Source: Auanema rhodensis (lineage: Eukaryota; Animalia; Nematoda). From it: a stretch of DNA of 64,000 nucleotides. Position numbers and translations under genes: made by a program. Location: NCBI GenBank assembly GCA_964057225.1, contig OZ059899.1, forward strand, positions 14,632,001 through 14,696,000. Reading direction: 5' to 3'. The notes below the pieces were generated by a model, which was given only the letters and a program-made list of their open reading frames with translations, was not told the DNA's origin and did not search any database. Shown here one piece after another: positions 56,949 to 64,000 of this stretch; position 1 is the stretch's first letter; each line of letters begins with the position of its first letter.

Positions 56949-58590
56949 GAGAGAGAGAAAGAGGGGGGGAGGGGGGAGTGAGCGACGAATACAAGTATAG
57001 TCTGGAGAGAGGAGAACAACCGTTCTTCTGCTACTTTTTTGAAAATAAAAATTGAATTTTCACGTATTTTACGTGGAAAATAATAATGCAAAATAGAAAA
57101 TATGTTCATGAAGATCAAGTTACAAATTTTTGTTTTAAAATATATAATTAGTACAATAAAATAAAGAGGAAGAGAGAGAGAGAGAGAGAGAGACATAAGT
57201 CCATATAAATCCGGTTATTTTATCATTTCAATAGCATTTCAAAATTAAAATTAGCAAAATTATTTATTTGTTAAAATGATGATAATTAAATTGATGAGAT
57301 GAAATAGAAAAATTCAAATTTATATACTATAAAATAAAAATAATATATATTTTTGTATTTATTTATCTAATAAATTATAAATAAAAATATATATTTTTCA
57401 TTCACTTTAGCCAATCAACAATGAAAATTTTTGAGATCAATTTTCTTCCAAAAAAAAATGGTCTAGGCTAGTTGCGACTGTAGAACCTAGCTAATCCGAG
57501 GTAGTAGCAGATTGCAAGTCGAAACCGGTCAGGGTGGCTAGGATTTCACATCTGCTTCTGGTATGACATGAAGCCCACCCGGGTCGTCAGTGTGCTGGCC
57601 TTCTACGTCATAAGGATGAGAATGAAAATAAACTTCGTAGTGTAGGTAGATGAATTGGAAATGATGAACTGACTGTGAGGATGATGAAGTTAACAATGAC
57701 AAATGACAGCATCACATACGTCGTTGTCGTTGACGTCGTCGATGTCGTTATCTAGTTCTTCTTCTGTATATATGACGTCATAATTTCTAATTACAAGATG
57801 AAGAATGTGCTGAATTAATATAATTCGACTATTTTTTTTTATTTCAACGATGGCAAAGTAGATGATAAATTTAAAATAATTAAAAAAGAAGAAATAAACA
57901 GATTCATGTGCGCCGTTCCAGGAAAAGAAAGAAAGGGAGTGGATGATTTTTCTTATTTTTGAATCAATTTATACATATTTCTTCATTATTTCATTTAAAT
58001 TATTTCTAATGTTTATATAAAGTTTGATGAGATTATATCTTTATAACCAACCACCTCTTCTCGTTTCGTTGATTCCCACTAATCTTTTTTCAATTATCAA
58101 GTATTTATTCGATAATATTAATAATATCATTGAATTCTGTGTTTAAACTTCAATTTCCAAAAAAAAACTCCTAATAGCTAAAGTCTGTATTTCATGTACA
58201 TTCTAGTTTTATTCCAATTTAAAGCTCGTAGTACTTTTCAAAAGCTTTTTGTTGTCATCATCCATAAACAACAATAATAGATGTTTCAGAAATTTTCTTA
58301 AGATAGAAAAGAGAGAGAGAGAGAGAGAGAGAGAGAAAACAAAAAGTTTTTTTATTATTCTTTTCTGTTTTTTTTTCGTTATTGTTCTGTTTACGTATTA
58401 TGTTGTTAAACTTGATCAACATCTCAATATGTATATTCATCAGCTTGAAAAGCCAGTTCTTCTCACATCCTTAAGTGCTAGAACAATGGTCTGGAAGCTT
58501 GTAAGTAAATCTTGGAAACAACACCATAGTAGCTTACAGAGAACGATATATACTAAGGAAGAACGATGAAGTAGAAATAGAAGAAGAAGA

Positions 58591-58637
<47 letters not shown>

Positions 58638-58811
58638 GGGAAATGTATGATCATTAATCAGAAATAATCTTTTAGATTGAAGTGTGCTTGTAAATTGAAA
58701 AAAGAAAAAAAGTTCTTCAAAAAAATATTTTTGTCTGGAATAATTTGACATCTAACATCATAACACATCTATTCTTATTTTCCAACTTCAATTCGAACTT
58801 CATCATCTATG

Positions 58812-58851
<40 letters not shown>

Positions 58852-60289
58852 GTCTCTCTCTCTCTCTCTCTTGTTCTCTTTTTTTTCAATCATTTCTGCT
58901 ATCTAATATCTAATAAGAGTTGTTTCATTCGATTTATCTTATAGTTGGTGTGAATGAATAATGCAGTAAGAGAGATTGAATGACAATTTCTCTGGATTAA
59001 GATAGATAAACGGATGATGTAATGTGTCAACAGATAAATTCAAAAAGCCAAAAAATGGGGGTTGAAAACCGGTTTAATGACATAGCAATGTATATGTTTG
59101 GCATGAACAAGGAGAGAAGCTTAAGCATCACATCTACTGAACATTCGCATCATTTCGTTCAATGAGAATACCATCAATATTTAAGAAATATAGTATATTT
59201 TGTAATACAATAACTATACATATAGTTAATTATTTATAATTATTATATGTGCATATTAATATCAATGTTTGCAGCATATAGTACATACACACATATTCAG
59301 AGTGATATCTCATCATCAGCCTAACGAAAGCTACAGCATAACGAAGCATACGGTGGAACACATTCGTTGATTGATATCAATCAGGTTATGCGCGCTGCTA
59401 ACTAGTTGTTTTAGAATAAAACGTGAACGAACAACTGTTCACGTGAATCAAAACGTGAAACAGGTAAGCATGATAGTTCTATTTTTCACGTAAATATACG
59501 TGTACATGTCTCTCATTTTCATTTCTCTAAATTGCACAAAGCGGTTGAATTTCAAAAAAAAAGGAGAAATATTTCAATTGTAATTCTTACATTCATATAC
59601 ATACATAGTATGTATAATTATATATATAATTAAGAAATAAATGTACGATTATAATTACTTTCATATAGATTTCATTCAAAACATTGAATCGTCGTTTTGA
59701 ATATTAATTATATTTTTAAATTAATTTATAAAATAATAAAGTTATTCTATATATATATATATACAATATTCTCTAGAATCTGGTGTATACTATACTATAC
59801 TGTACGATGTATGAATGTATGTACATATAGTATTTCTGGTACTATCAACATGCCACTTAAATTCAAGAATGTTTTTCTTCATTTTACTATATTGAATTGT
59901 ATTTCTATAAGTTTTGTTTTTGTTGTATTTCAATTATTATATTATATTGAATAGTTATATATATATATATATATATATATAGTAAATAAGATTTATAAAA
60001 AATGATATTATCTTTATTAATTACATTCTGAAGCAATTAAAATCAATGAAAATTCAAAATTAATTTAACTACATGTCTTGCATAATCTACGTAATTAATT
60101 ATCACGTAAGATTTTTTGTAAAAAAATCAGAAAAAAAAATAAAAGTGAAGTCGATACTGGAAATGGCGGTTTGGTTAACCACTAACTAGAGATCGACAGT
60201 ATAACTAAGTGATGAAAATGAAAGGATCGAGTGATAAACTATCAAATACTGTTCTTGCTATATCAAAAAGTATTTTGAAGATTCGTGGT

Positions 60290-60345
<56 letters not shown>

Positions 60346-61179
60346 CAAAGGAGAAAAATACAAAAATAGAATGGAAGAGAGTTGGGCAGAGGGTAATGAG
60401 AGAAGAGCACAGTTATCGCAAGATGATTCTTCTTGTAATACCTGTTACCTTATTGACGGTTATATACTAATCTGTTAGTATATAACTTAACAATCAATGA
60501 TTCTGAACATACACGATCTGATGATGAAAGGCTAGAAAATATTCAGAAGACGAAGAAGAAAAGGACAACGATTGAAGAAATATAAATTGAAATACAAATA
60601 TAAATGAATAAAAGCATTAATGTATTTATGATCTAGCGATATATTTAAACATATATGTTATACATATATTAATTATATAGAATATATGTATTTATATAAA
60701 ATTATTTTTTTATTGGAAAGAATTTTTAAAATATTCACAACCTGGACAGGTATAAGATGAAGAAATTATTGTTTGTTAGAGGCAAGAAGACATTGAAAAA
60801 TATCCGAAAAATGGCATTTAGTCATCATTCTTGCTTCTAAAAAACATTATTCATGGGAAAGGTAAAAGACGATTAAGTAACTGAGTAGTGATTATCTAAT
60901 AACTGGGACTGTCTGAACAAGAAAAACGATGGAGAGAGAGAGAGATAGATAGATAGACAGGAAGAGAGAAAAAAAGCTTATAAATAGCTGTAATAATAGC
61001 TATTAAATGCTGGAAAATGCTGGTAAATGCTGATAAAATGGAATTTTTCAGTGTCTATTGTCATTCAATAAAAGTGAAAGAAATGGATAAACTAAGAGAA
61101 ATAAGTAATAAGTGTCATATATTGAATATTATAACTATAATTATATATATATATATAGATTATATTATATAATTATAGA

Positions 61180-63897
<2,718 letters not shown>

Positions 63898-64000
63898 CTA
63901 TAAATCATAGATTTGGAGTAAGAAATGAAAGAGAAGATAACTATTACTACTACTTTCAGGTGAGATTAGTCTAAGTTGAAAAAGAATTTCGAAGAGAAAT

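Noticed and set aside
57497-57520. let-7-like sequence cgaggtagtagcagattg
   Set aside because: Only GAGGTAGTAG matches; the 5' U and the 3' half differ, and there is no let-7-type precursor hairpin.
49200-61100. ORFs in the BPI-ace intergenic region, e.g. 51236-51757 (173 aa)
   Set aside because: Low-complexity, microsatellite-containing, with no splice-consistent exon chain or recognisable motif.
63945-63965. tactactttcagg resembling the U3 snoRNA 5' box
   Set aside because: A short match only; the following sequence does not continue as U3 and lies in an ace intron at the window edge.

Overview
AT-rich eukaryotic genomic DNA, very probably from a rhabditid-type nematode: TTTCAG-type acceptors, introns of about 40-80 nt, an srh/str-type chemoreceptor and a C. 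elegans-like tRNA-Leu. The window has three parts. (1) 1-24.3 kb: a + strand transmembrane adenylate cyclase with coding exons packed into 18.5-23.4 kb, behind about 17 kb of (CT)n-rich intron/upstream sequence that holds candidate alternative first exons. (2) About 24.5-44.3 kb: a distinct repeat island with no long (CT)n tracts. It contains a purine-rich 15/43-bp minisatellite and an exact 200-bp satellite (about 51.6 copies plus two detached fragments). Inside a satellite monomer sits a 6.9-kb block with two inverted Tc1-like MITEs, an internally deleted mariner, a chemoreceptor GPCR, a possible tiny orphan gene, and an intact 4-exon gene for a signal-peptide-less trypsin-like serine protease that the ORF track misses. 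(3) 44.3-64 kb: tRNA-Leu(AAG) at the island edge, a - strand BPI/LBP-family lipid-binding protein gene, about 12 kb of non-coding sequence, and a - strand GPI-anchored acetylcholinesterase (ace-2-like) whose 5' end lies beyond the window. The best candidate for something new is the protease and its TE/satellite-embedded cassette, which could be mobile cargo, a toxin-antidote element or germline-restricted DNA. All exon structures were read by eye; no searches were run.
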